Shown here one piece after another: positions 9,465-18,817 of a stretch of 64,000 bases of DNA (positions within the stretch are counted from its first letter, which is position 1; each line of letters starts with the position of its first letter). Location: the IMG/VR virus record IMGVR_UViG_3300050158_000056, positions 30,791-94,790 of that record. One strand, given 5' to 3'. Source of the DNA: a virus. The notes below the pieces were generated by a model, which did no database searches, was not told where the DNA came from, and saw only the letters and a program-made list of their open reading frames with translations. Position numbers and translations under genes: made by a program.

Positions 9465-10526
9465 TCATTGACTATCATTCTTGATTTTACTTATAGTACT
9501 CAGTGATACCTGATAGTCGGAAGCGATCTCACGATAAGATCTAGGATCGTTTTTGATAGATTCCGCTTTTTCCGGATCTACCGGGCGACCTCGCTTGTTA
9601 TTATTCTGCTCTGTCCAGGTGGCCCACCTGCAGTTATCAGGACTATAACCTTTGTAATTATCGATGCGATCGATGGTCAGGTTCTCTTGATAGCCATGAG
9701 CCATAGACCAGTCATAGAACGCCTGAAAAGAGGCTCTCCATTCTGGACATACACCGATACCTCTGCCACCATAAGCAGGATAATTTGTGGAGTTTATATT
9801 CGTACATCGTTGTACTATACCACTCCAGATATTGTAGATACGGGTACCAAACATACCATGTGTTTTATGATTATTAGAAGCAGTCTCTTTGGCGTAACAC
9901 CCACAAGAAACAGTACCACCCCGCATTAAGTTGTTATAATTAACCACGGCGGTATTACCACACTCACACTGGCACTTGTATCTTGATCTACCTTGTTTAT
10001 TGGGACCATCGTATTCTACCACAGTTAACCTACCAAATACCTTTCCGATGACAGATTTTCTGACTTCATCTGCTTTCTTTTTAGTACTTTCGGAAGTCCG
10101 TTCTTTGTTATAACAACCACATGATTGGGTATTACCACTCACGAGATCGTGTCCTCTGACCGATACAGAATTACCACATTCGCATGCGCACTCGTATATG
10201 GAAAGTTTATTACCCACCCCACTAAACGATTTGACAGTTAATCTACCGAAAGTTTTACCTATCATCGATTCTCTTAGTTTGGCGTTCCTGACTTCTCTGA
10301 CTTTCGCCAGTGCTTCTCGTGATAAACACCCACATGATCTCGTAAGTTGTTTGGTTAGACTATATGTGTTAGTTATTCTGATATTACCACATTCGCACTG
10401 ACATACCCAGAGATTAGTTCGATGATTACCCCTCCCTTTGAAATACAATACTTTAAGTCGTCCGAATGTCTGACCCGTTAGATCTATACTCCCATTCGCT
10501 AGCTTTATATTAGTAGGACCAATCAT
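9465..10526 (-). CDS. free-standing HNH homing endonuclease with three Cys-rich N-terminal repeats
   Basis: 3x G.TFGRL.V..C.CECGN..SCGC; YGGRGI..W..TIDRIDN..GYSPDNCRWAT; C-terminal HTH-like segment. Confidence 0.9.
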   Translation of the reverse strand: MIGPTNIKLANGSIDLTGQTFGRLKVLYFKGRGNHRTNLWVCQCECGNIRITNTYSLTKQLTRSCGCLSREALAKVREVRNAKLRESMIGKTFGRLTVKSFSGVGNKLSIYECACECGNSVSVRGHDLVSGNTQSCGCYNKERTSESTKKKADEVRKSVIGKVFGRLTVVEYDGPNKQGRSRYKCQCECGNTAVVNYNNLMRGGTVSCGCYAKETASNNHKTHGMFGTRIYNIWSGIVQRCTNINSTNYPAYGGRGIGVCPEWRASFQAFYDWSMAHGYQENLTIDRIDNYKGYSPDNCRWATWTEQNNNKRGRPVDPEKAESIKNDPRSYREIASDYQVSLSTISKIKNDSQ

Positions 10527-10544
10527 AGTTCATCCCTAGAGAGT

Positions 10545-10578
10545 AGATAGAGGTAGAAATAAATCACTACCTCTATCT
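10545..10578 (-). terminator. hairpin between the RNAP stop and the HNH RBS
   Basis: agatagaggtag/ctacctctatct. Confidence 0.55.
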
Positions 10579-10596
10579 TGTTCGACCATATTATAG

Positions 10597-10761
10597 TCAA
10601 AGATTACGTAAGAATGAATTTATAGTAACGGTCAACGTCTTATGTAAACTGATCTCAGACGACACAGATCCGCTGTTTCTATCGAATATAAAATTAGCGG
10701 GCGATAGATTCTTCATCGCCCTTACCATATCTACTTCTGGAATTAATATTCCAGCTAGACT
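10597..10761 (-). CDS. nvRNAP beta' N-terminal subunit, exon 2 (54 aa)
   Basis: SLAGILIPEVDMVRAMKNLSPANFIFDRNSGSVSSEISLHKTLTVTINSFLRNL*; joins in frame after NADFDGD and is preceded by the terminal G of the intron. Confidence 0.85.
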   Translation of the reverse strand, partial: SLAGILIPEVDMVRAMKNLSPANFIFDRNSGSVSSEISLHKTLTVTINSFLRNL

Positions 10762-12571
10762 CGTTATGTTCAGCATAGCTCGTTAGGCTATACTCGCACC
10801 ATGACGTGCAGCTACTCCTCTCAGAGCAGACCAGATCATATCTTCACCTTTACTCATCTGAGTATTAAGGGCCCACCACTTCGGACTCACGCGAGTCCTA
10901 CTCCCTCTCGGGATGATCGTTGGAGTTTCTACATATCTCATAGAAGACTTAGTAGCTTACCTGCGGATTGAGCAATCTCACATATCTTTTACCGTACCGT
11001 AGGGATTAGCTACGCCATCAGCTATATTTCTATACTGACTTGGTGTATGGAGCTCTAAGCTTGTTCCCGTCAATTCAATGGGTTATTTTACTTATCATTT
11101 CTGATAAGGGCGACCTGTCTATATTTAGTATAATTTGATGATTTCTTTAGGATAGTCTTTTAGATCGATATGCGCGAAAACCCAATCGCGCCATCGACAT
11201 GGTGGTTTCTTACAGTGCTTTATATATCTAGCGATTACCGCTGGATCGCATCTACTAGGTCTATCTTCATTAGACCAACTGGTGATATTGGTGTAATACC
11301 GCACAGATCCATACTGATCAGTTATCTTAATAGGTCGATCAGATGCATGTATGTTAGAATATATGTTCAGTACATCTTGTGGATATATAGGCCACGTCAA
11401 TTCCTCGCGATTACCCGCAGATTGAAAACATCTACCTCTCCACGGAATCAACTCATCACTATCGAGTAGTCTGAATAATGTGTGATCAGTGATATCCTGT
11501 TCTCTGATAACATCAGTTATATTGTCGTATACGAGTACTTTTCGAGTATCCATACGCATACATGCAATTTTGTTTGGTGGAACTCGTCTCTGTACTGGCC
11601 CAGATGCAGTTAACTCATCCCATGATCTAGAATCTGAGGTATATTTAAAAACATACCCTTTATAAGGTCGTCCTTCGTAAGGTCTTCTGTCCATCACAGA
11701 ATGCGCTGAGCCAGGTGCTACCCCGAGATATCTGGCCATGTCATGATACCCAGAAAATATCTGTTCCTGCCCAGTAGCAAGATTCTTACCTACTATCTTT
11801 CGGATAGTTTCGCCTCTAGGACCTTCATTGAACGAATGAAAGTTATTGTCCGTATATGTAGCCCATTCTAAATTGGATATAGCATTATTCCGTTTATCAC
11901 TGTCCCTGTGATTCACGGTGAGGTGGACTGTGTCGATAGGATGAGATATAAAAGCTAACGCAATAACTCTATGCCATCTTAACCGTCGTTGGGTGTTTGG
12001 TATATTGATAGTACAATAACCATCTCCAGTTGGTTTATACCCAATCTCCCGATACGTTGCGGCGCATCTTGCTAATGGTACACCATTATGCAGTCTCACC
12101 TCTATCTCTGGATGATTAGGTACTGATATCCAAGTAGTAGTACCAAAATCAATTCCCAGTAGCGGATTTGGCCTATACCACTCATCGCTCCACTCTAGAT
12201 TAGAGATATGGATATTATCCTTATTACCATCCACAAACCTTACAGACATCCATTCGGGATCTTTATCTGGAGACAGTGGCTTGTAGGTCAGTAACATCAG
12301 TCTATCTAAAGGATGAGATGACGGTTTGTGAGATTTACCTCTAATCTTTACAGCACGTTTTCCGTGATGATTACGGTACTCTGGTATTACTGCATTGGTG
12401 GATATCAGACGGACTACACCATGTTCGTCGATATCATACATTGGGTTTGTAGGTATTTTCATGAAACTTTTCCTTAGTATGCAATTGGGTTTCATACTAA
12501 GGTATAAAAACTATCCTTATTTTGTTATATAAAATAACTTAAGTCATCAAATAACTATATTAAGAGGTCAA
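10762..12571 (-). mobile_element. group I self-splicing intron with HNH ORF in the P1 loop
   Basis: 5' exon GGCGAU pairs with IGS GUCGCC (11109-11114) with U-G at the splice site. P10: UAGAC (11117-11121) pairs with exon 2 GUCUA. P2: CUUAUCA-GAAA-UGAUAAG. P: AAUUGACGGGAA (11064-11075). Q: AAUCCGCAG (10961-10969). R/S form P7 GAUCAU/AUGAUC (10913-10918, 10834-10839). Ends in G at 10762. Confidence 0.9.
11125..12495 (-). CDS. intron-encoded HNH homing endonuclease (NUMOD4/HNH type)
   Basis: HRVIALAF..VNHRDSDKRNNAISNLEW plus a degenerate first HNH-like copy (FVDGNKDNIHISNLEW). Confidence 0.88.
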   Translation of the reverse strand: MKPNCILRKSFMKIPTNPMYDIDEHGVVRLISTNAVIPEYRNHHGKRAVKIRGKSHKPSSHPLDRLMLLTYKPLSPDKDPEWMSVRFVDGNKDNIHISNLEWSDEWYRPNPLLGIDFGTTTWISVPNHPEIEVRLHNGVPLARCAATYREIGYKPTGDGYCTINIPNTQRRLRWHRVIALAFISHPIDTVHLTVNHRDSDKRNNAISNLEWATYTDNNFHSFNEGPRGETIRKIVGKNLATGQEQIFSGYHDMARYLGVAPGSAHSVMDRRPYEGRPYKGYVFKYTSDSRSWDELTASGPVQRRVPPNKIACMRMDTRKVLVYDNITDVIREQDITDHTLFRLLDSDELIPWRGRCFQSAGNREELTWPIYPQDVLNIYSNIHASDRPIKITDQYGSVRYYTNITSWSNEDRPSRCDPAVIARYIKHCKKPPCRWRDWVFAHIDLKDYPKEIIKLY

Positions 12572-13858
12572 ATCGCCGTCAAAATCGGCATTTTGAAGAG
12601 CTACATCCAAAGGACTCATACCTACGGCACTGTCTTCTAGATCAGTCTTAATCCTAGTCCAGTATTTTAACATCACTGAACCATCTCTGATCGAAGGAGG
12701 TCTGTCCCACAAACAGGGTATACCTGGAAATGGAGATTCTTCGATCATCTGATCCATGATCTCTTTAATCAGTGGATCGAATGTATTAAGGGCTGTACGC
12801 ACTTTACTAAATGCGACATTCACATTCATGTCGTATCGTTTACACAAACGACCGATGATGTGTACTCGTAGAGTGTTTACTGCCATCTTCCATGGAATGT
12901 GGAGTTCATAGTACTGATGAGGTCCTACGATCGGTACGATCACACCTCGGAACGACCAGTGAAATCTAGCACCGAAGATATGTGTACGAGGGATAGCCTT
13001 TTTCGTAGCTACATACTTCTTGGTGGCTTCTTCTACATAGTCGATGATGTTCTTAAATGCTTTAAACGCGATGCGCTCAGCATAGATGGTTTGGTTCTTT
13101 CGTTTCTTAGGAGCAAACTCTAGCCTAGATAGAGATACAGCTGCTTTCATGATGTGGTCAGCGGTGGTATCACTATAGCGCTTCTTATTGGGTCCACCAC
13201 CTTCTTGTGTGATGATAGGATTGATTGCAGCATTGAGGATAGGGATATAGTGACAGAAGACGATGTCTTTGTAGAGTTCGATGCAGAACTTCATAGACAG
13301 AGTATCTGGCTTCTTAGAGATTACTGGATGATCGAAGTAGAAGAAGTTCATGATCCTATCAAAGTTATCGTACAAGTAGTTAAAGCCTCTACCATCGATG
13401 ATACCGATGAGGTCGAACGGTAGTACCGAGTCTACATCTAGGATATCATCTAGATAGTTTCGTTTACCTTTGTCGTACGACAACCATGCTGCCAGGTTAA
13501 GATATAACTTAGGTGCGAGCCATCCATTAGGTAGCTCTTTAGGAGCCATGAGCCAGTTTCGACAGATGAGATTGTCTTCGTCCAAGATATTGCGTTTGGA
13601 TACCTTAGTTTCACAGACCGGACACGTCATGTCGATCTTATTATTACCCTCAGTGTGACCACATTGACACTTTGCAATGAAATCGGCCCCAGTCCCATCT
13701 GAGAAAATTAGATCACTGAGTTGGTCGATATAATCCGTATCAGTAAGGTCAAATTTATTCAGAATGATCGGGTCTATATCAGATCTATTAAGTACTAGAT
13801 TAAACTGATCATCGTGAGAAACCAATTTCAGAACTCGTTTTGTGTCATCGCTCAGCAC
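12572..13858 (-). CDS. nvRNAP beta' N-terminal subunit (phiKZ gp55-like), exon 1
   Basis: Zn-finger CQCG..CPVC, FRGVIVP, RPPS; catalytic NADFDGD at the exon end; spliced product 483 aa. Confidence 0.92.
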
Positions 13859-13891
13859 AATGATTCTCCTTCTATTATGAATACCAAAACA

Positions 13892-13918
13892 GTAATATAG
13901 CGATTCATCGCTGATGAG
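13892..13918 (-). promoter_or_regulatory. Early promoter CTCA-N15-TATATTAC
   Basis: TATATTAC 13892-13899 (-); CTCA 13915-13918. Confidence 0.75.
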
Positions 13919-13921
13919 AGA

Positions 13922-14377
13922 TTAGCTTGCGCACTTCTTAAGTATACATTGCGCCAATGAATGAGCGACTGCGCTATCTAGTGCGCTTACCGTACACCAC
14001 TCGATATAAATATACATTCGATCAGGGTCGGTGGTGGACAGTTGTTTCTTGTTCTTCACTACTCCAGGGATACCTCTAGCTGAGCTAACTATGTCCCCCA
14101 CTATGATTTTGTCATAAGGGATACTACTGAGCGGGACCCACGATGTATCTCTGATTGAGTCTTTATTTCCTACGTAAAATACATCTAAGCTATCCGCTGC
14201 AAAATTATTCAACACGACTTTATCTTCGAACTCTATACTGACTCTATTTCTAAACTTACCAGTTCTGCACCCCTGAAGACTATCTGTGGCAGAGATTCTA
14301 CCATCGCTATGTATTGCGCAGTATACTTTATCGCCAACAACTACGTCGCTGAATTTAGTATATTTCAGAAGTTTCAT
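13922..14377 (-). CDS. hypothetical protein with two VGD.V repeats (KOW/SH3-like?)
   Basis: VVVGDKVYC and IIVGDIVSS. Confidence 0.6.
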   Translation of the reverse strand: MKLLKYTKFSDVVVGDKVYCAIHSDGRISATDSLQGCRTGKFRNRVSIEFEDKVVLNNFAADSLDVFYVGNKDSIRDTSWVPLSSIPYDKIIVGDIVSSARGIPGVVKNKKQLSTTDPDRMYIYIEWCTVSALDSAVAHSLAQCILKKCAS

Positions 14378-14811
14378 GAGGCTAGCTCGGGACTAGTCGT
14401 AGGAGGTTTACCTAAGTAGTACAGATCACTGCACTCACTGACTGGAACACTAAGATTACTATCATAACAGTCGTATTTTAGGATCAATATATTATCAGTA
14501 TCATCGATAGTCTGTACTGTGGCTATATGACCTCCGGATCTCACCGATGAACACACTAAGTCTCCTACCTTTATAGTATTCAGTGGAGTCAACCTGACTC
14601 CTACTAGACCGCTAGATCCGATACATACTAGGTCTCTAGTAGATTCTTTTTTGTAGCTATTAGTCCTACCCCCACTCCACGTCACAGACACTCGGGATCC
14701 ATTGATTTTCTTTTTGATACTCGTCAGTACGCCTATCCTAAGTTTGTAGGATGAGTATATTAGGTATCCTACCTTTAGAGTATCCCAATCGATGTCATGT
14801 AGGCTTTTCAT
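14374..14811 (-). CDS. hypothetical protein, paralog-like to the downstream gene
   Basis: LKVGYLIYSS and IKVGDLVCSS; likely start MKSLHDI with GAGGTG RBS. Confidence 0.6.
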   Translation of the reverse strand: MKSLHDIDWDTLKVGYLIYSSYKLRIGVLTSIKKKINGSRVSVTWSGGRTNSYKKESTRDLVCIGSSGLVGVRLTPLNTIKVGDLVCSSVRSGGHIATVQTIDDTDNILILKYDCYDSNLSVPVSECSDLYYLGKPPTTSPELAS

Positions 14812-14812
14812 A

Positions 14813-15280
14813 TCACTCACCTCGTTTAGAAGACAATCTACCAATCTGGAGACCATCGTCAGTGTCGTCGATGGTAGCTATGATGGATTGATTATAGATA
14901 GAGAATACTACTGGACTTGGTTCATCATCGAGGTTTACTTCGGTGTGTTTGGTACCATAAGCTTTTTGTTTGCGGAAGAGTTTCTTGTTAAGTTCATCTC
15001 TTTGATCGATATTGTTGATCAGTAGCGTAGTGTATTCAGTAGTATTCTTATAGATGATATCAGGATATCCTCTAGATGAAAGATCACTGATCTCTACATG
15101 AGCGTTGCCTTCTACTGTGATCTGTTTGGTATTCAGTGTGTTAATTACCACATGCGCGTCTACGACATATAGTTCTTTAGTGAAGACTCGTGGGTAACTT
15201 ACGATCTCATCTGATGTGGTGACACAAGTCAATCCAATTATCGTGGTCGAAGTACCATCGGAGTTTCTGCGAATAAGCAT
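14813..15280 (-). CDS. hypothetical protein
   Basis: 155 aa in operon. Confidence 0.6.
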   Translation of the reverse strand: MLIRRNSDGTSTTIIGLTCVTTSDEIVSYPRVFTKELYVVDAHVVINTLNTKQITVEGNAHVEISDLSSRGYPDIIYKNTTEYTTLLINNIDQRDELNKKLFRKQKAYGTKHTEVNLDDEPSPVVFSIYNQSIIATIDDTDDGLQIGRLSSKRGE

Positions 15281-15297
15281 CTGTGCTTTTTCCTAGA

Positions 15298-15462
15298 TTA
15301 AGTTAGTTTATTTTTAATGTATTTAAATTCAGTGTTATTATCACCTGCTCTCTGACGAGACTTTTTTACCTCGACTATACGACCAGTTATATTTGGTATT
15401 TTTGTGCTAGCATGATCGAGTAGGTGACCAGCCTTAAATACCGAAATCTTTTGTTTAGGCAT
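15298..15462 (-). CDS. small basic early protein (54 aa)
   Basis: MPKQKISVFKAG with GGAG RBS just downstream of an early promoter. Confidence 0.5.
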   Translation of the reverse strand: MPKQKISVFKAGHLLDHASTKIPNITGRIVEVKKSRQRAGDNNTEFKYIKNKLT

Positions 15463-15502
15463 ATATGCTCCAGCGAGATCAATTGACGCCATTGTCACAT
15501 TA

Positions 15503-15529
15503 GTAATATAGTGACATCTCATCTTTGAG
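15503..15529 (-). promoter_or_regulatory. Early promoter CTCA-N15-TATATTAC
   Basis: TATATTAC 15503-15510 (-); CTCA 15526-15529. Confidence 0.75.
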
Positions 15530-15569
15530 TTTATGAGGCGCTTGTTTTCACAAAAAAGAAATGAGAGAG

Positions 15570-15597
15570 TGTGTAGGAGGGCTAGCCCTCCTACACA
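15570..15597 (-). terminator. chimallin terminator hairpin
   Basis: tgtgtaggagggc/gccctcctacaca; A6 on + at 15552-15557. Confidence 0.8.
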
Positions 15598-15617
15598 TAC
15601 CCATCCCATCTAATCGA

Positions 15618-17243
15618 TTAATAGTTCGACCAGACCGATCCGACACTAAGACCACGGTTAACGATACCGTTCGAAACGATCGAACCGATACCCGAGGCAG
15701 AACCGAACCCACCCAGATAGCTACCGATCGACCGCGTTTCAGCGCGGCTGTTAGGATCGATGATAACCAGACGGCTAGCATCGGCCTTCGATACGATCCA
15801 CTTAATGAATTCAGGGTTCACTGCCGACACAGTGGTAAACCATGCTGGAGTGAACGACTGAGTAGCATTCTGGATGACCGTAGCACGATCCACCGGATTT
15901 TCCGAGCAACCCAAGAGGACGGCACGCATCTCACGGCTGATAGCACCATAACCATTGTGGGCTGCGACCCACAGATAGTCGATGTCACGCGAGTCAAGAA
16001 GAGTCGCCTTCTTGTCGCCATAGACACCTTCGAAGCGCTGCTCGAGGTTGATAGCCAGTTCGAACGACGAAGCGTTCTGCTCGACTTCGTCACCATAGAA
16101 GCGACCCAGACGATTGACGAACAGGTTCTTCTCGATTGGATCGGGAGTACCAAGACGCCACATACCAGGAATGATATCTCGACCATCCTGGAACTGGAAA
16201 GCAATGATAGGCTGAGCGAAATAGGTACGAACGAATTCGACCAGCTCATCCTGATCACCAAGTTCGATAGGACGACCACGGTTATCAGGATTCTCTTCCA
16301 GATGACCAGGGTTAGAACTACCCTTAGTGAGATCAGCCCACTGCTTAGCCCAGAACTGTGTATTGTAAATCGTAGGAGCAAACGCTGCCAGCATGATACT
16401 AGCTACACCCTCAAGCGGGATGATCGAGTTGCAGACCGTGATGTTAAACACCGGACGATAGAGGAGGACGCGCTGGCCATTGACGACATGCTCTTCCTTC
16501 TCACGGATCTCGGTGTAGCCACCGATAACGCCGACCGTGTGATATTCATTTTCGAATTCACGGAACTCACGACCATGTTCGTTCTTGATCTTGGCCTTGA
16601 AAGTCATGCCGACATCCATGCGAGGACGGACGCCATGAGGCGACAGTTCGTCTTCGACAGCACGAGCTTCGCTGATTCGCCAGTCTACGGTAAACTCATT
16701 GGAGAGTAGAGCCGAGACCTTGGAATTCTTGACTTCGTTATACGAAGTAGCCTGGAACGTACGCACGATGGTATCAGCCATCTTAAATGCGCGTTCCATG
16801 TCCTGAGGATAACCGCCGAACACGACGCGAGCATCCGAAATGCGGATACGCTTATCACCATATACCGTCTTAAGCTCTTCGTGGATAGCACGAAGCTTAA
16901 GCGACGACGGGTAGTAGTGCTGCGACACTGGATCCGAGAGCGAAGCGAAATACAGACCGAAGAAGTTCAGGTAACCATCAGGACCATTGAACTTAAACGC
17001 ATATGCATTGTTGAGCTTCGTGAGACGAACCATCTCAACGCTCTTGAGTTTGTCCTTGACCAGCTTTTCTACTTCGGTCAGATAAGGCTCGATCGTCGAG
17101 TCGATACGATCGATACCGAGGCCCGAGGAGAGTGTGAGAAAGTCCAGTGCGCCGATTACGGCACCTGGCGAACCGATAGGCTCGGCGGTAGGCTGAGGAG
17201 CTTCATTGGCGCTACCAGGAGCTTCGTGACTTTGAATGCCCAT
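15618..17243 (-). CDS. chmA: chimallin, major phage nucleus shell protein (phiKZ gp54-like)
   Basis: VIGGYTEI..YRPVFNIT..PLE..W..NPGHL..DSRDIDYL pattern; strong high-expression codon bias; upstream of the gp55-like gene; likely start MGIQSHE. Confidence 0.8.
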   Translation of the reverse strand: MGIQSHEAPGSANEAPQPTAEPIGSPGAVIGALDFLTLSSGLGIDRIDSTIEPYLTEVEKLVKDKLKSVEMVRLTKLNNAYAFKFNGPDGYLNFFGLYFASLSDPVSQHYYPSSLKLRAIHEELKTVYGDKRIRISDARVVFGGYPQDMERAFKMADTIVRTFQATSYNEVKNSKVSALLSNEFTVDWRISEARAVEDELSPHGVRPRMDVGMTFKAKIKNEHGREFREFENEYHTVGVIGGYTEIREKEEHVVNGQRVLLYRPVFNITVCNSIIPLEGVASIMLAAFAPTIYNTQFWAKQWADLTKGSSNPGHLEENPDNRGRPIELGDQDELVEFVRTYFAQPIIAFQFQDGRDIIPGMWRLGTPDPIEKNLFVNRLGRFYGDEVEQNASSFELAINLEQRFEGVYGDKKATLLDSRDIDYLWVAAHNGYGAISREMRAVLLGCSENPVDRATVIQNATQSFTPAWFTTVSAVNPEFIKWIVSKADASRLVIIDPNSRAETRSIGSYLGGFGSASGIGSIVSNGIVNRGLSVGSVWSNY

Positions 17244-17398
17244 GTGTTTTTTCCTATAGTTGATAAGATGCAATGCATGCGTGTACGTACAGATTACTCA
17301 AAACCAAATGATGGATCCCTATTTGGATCTGAGTCATATCAATCTGACCATTAAGAAAATAATAATTATACTTATCACTTCCTAGCCTGATCAAATTG

Positions 17399-17406
17399 GT
17401 AATATA
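17399..17406 (-). promoter_or_regulatory. Early promoter core TATATTAC for chmA
   Basis: Exact core; no CTCA at N15. Confidence 0.65.
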
Positions 17407-17566
17407 GTGTTTTAATTCGTTTCAAATTTTGAGCTATCTGTAAATATACGCATAGAGGGTGTCAGTAACGCATTCCAAATGGAATGCACTAGTGATCATG
17501 TAATAGTATACGCAAGTAATCTAAAAAAAAATATCTAATCAAGCCACGCTGCTTCTGATCGTATGA

Positions 17567-18742
17567 ATGATGTATATAGGTGAGCTTATGATCAGCGTTA
17601 ATTTTACAAAGTACCTGAAACCAGTTCCTTCCAGATATCTACCTCGAGTCAATTTATTTGTAGACTACCTAGGGTTAAAGATTAAGGATGGTATATCTAG
17701 AGCTAGTTACACATCTGTAAATAGTTATGGAGCCAGACTCCTTATTGAGATCACTAAGACTGTGGACTTATCAGAAGTCTTAAGTATGAAAGATCCATCT
17801 GATTATTTACTATCTATAACTAAAGATCTAGAGAAGTTTATAGATGTCCGTACAGGTAAACATACGACTAAATCTCTCTTTGTAAATACTAAGCAGAACT
17901 GCTTCGAACTCATCACTCCATCTAGACGTCGTAATCCTCTCCAGGAAATACCCTTAGAAAAGGATTATAATCATCCTGAGTGGAGTAAGATTAGACCACT
18001 GCGTATAATCGACATGAGCGCCTGTGATCTTACTTATAAGGTCTATAATGGTAGATTGGATTACTACTCCAGAGGACCTACCTATGTGGTGTATAGTCTA
18101 GACTGTTTTGCTCTAGTGGTTAAGTTCTTATCCTATTATAAATCTACTAAACATACCAATGATCTAGATCAGTTACTATTAGACTTTCTACATAATGAAA
18201 TCATAGTACCTACTCTCCTAAGTGACTCAGTGGCCCTGTGGTTACGCAATGTCTATAAGCAGCAATTAATTACCTCATCTAGACTAGAGTCTAGTACAGC
18301 TACTATTTGGGACAATGTGAATATAGACACATTAGGTACTGACTTTAGTGGAGCTATGGTGGATATACAGCATCTCAAAAATGATTTGCGTAATGAGAAT
18401 ATATCTACACTGACGGTATTATCGTCCTTAATAATGAGTCCAGATGGTAGTAGCTTTACCGATTACTATTTGGATATATGTGAGACTAGTATGCTACCTG
18501 ATCAACAGCCTTATGTCTGGGTAGAATGTTTGAAGCATTTAGCATGGGCTGAGTTTATATTACTGGTGTCTTCATATACACCTAGTTTACCCGACTCAGT
18601 ATCATTCAAGAAGAACCTCCTTAGAGATATTAGATTCTGGCTTATGATGAAACCATATCAGATGATAGCTGGATCTATACCTTATAGAAATATCATACGA
18701 GCTAAATTAGAAGGTATGTATGATTATCTCAAAGAACAATGA
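17567..18742 (+). CDS. conserved phiKZ gp52-like protein
   Basis: 391 aa, divergent from chmA; assigned mainly by gene order. Confidence 0.5.
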   Translation: MMYIGELMISVNFTKYLKPVPSRYLPRVNLFVDYLGLKIKDGISRASYTSVNSYGARLLIEITKTVDLSEVLSMKDPSDYLLSITKDLEKFIDVRTGKHTTKSLFVNTKQNCFELITPSRRRNPLQEIPLEKDYNHPEWSKIRPLRIIDMSACDLTYKVYNGRLDYYSRGPTYVVYSLDCFALVVKFLSYYKSTKHTNDLDQLLLDFLHNEIIVPTLLSDSVALWLRNVYKQQLITSSRLESSTATIWDNVNIDTLGTDFSGAMVDIQHLKNDLRNENISTLTVLSSLIMSPDGSSFTDYYLDICETSMLPDQQPYVWVECLKHLAWAEFILLVSSYTPSLPDSVSFKKNLLRDIRFWLMMKPYQMIAGSIPYRNIIRAKLEGMYDYLKEQ

Positions 18743-18752
18743 TAGATAGATA

Positions 18753-18780
18753 GTGAGTAGGGCCTTGAGGCCCTACTCAC
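18753..18780. terminator. bidirectional hairpin between convergent genes
   Basis: gtgagtagggcct/aggccctactcac. Confidence 0.75.
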
Positions 18781-18817
18781 CTAATTATACAAACCAGAGC
18801 ACTTATTCTCGACATCA

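Noticed and set aside
12560-12571. RNAP subunit apparently truncated at NADFDGDLTS* (pseudogene)
   Set aside because: LTS* is intron sequence; splicing restores the frame.
15561-17354. Long + strand ORFs (382 aa, 157 aa) antisense to chimallin
   Set aside because: Expected shadow of strong codon bias in a highly expressed gene; no RBS or protein-like motifs.
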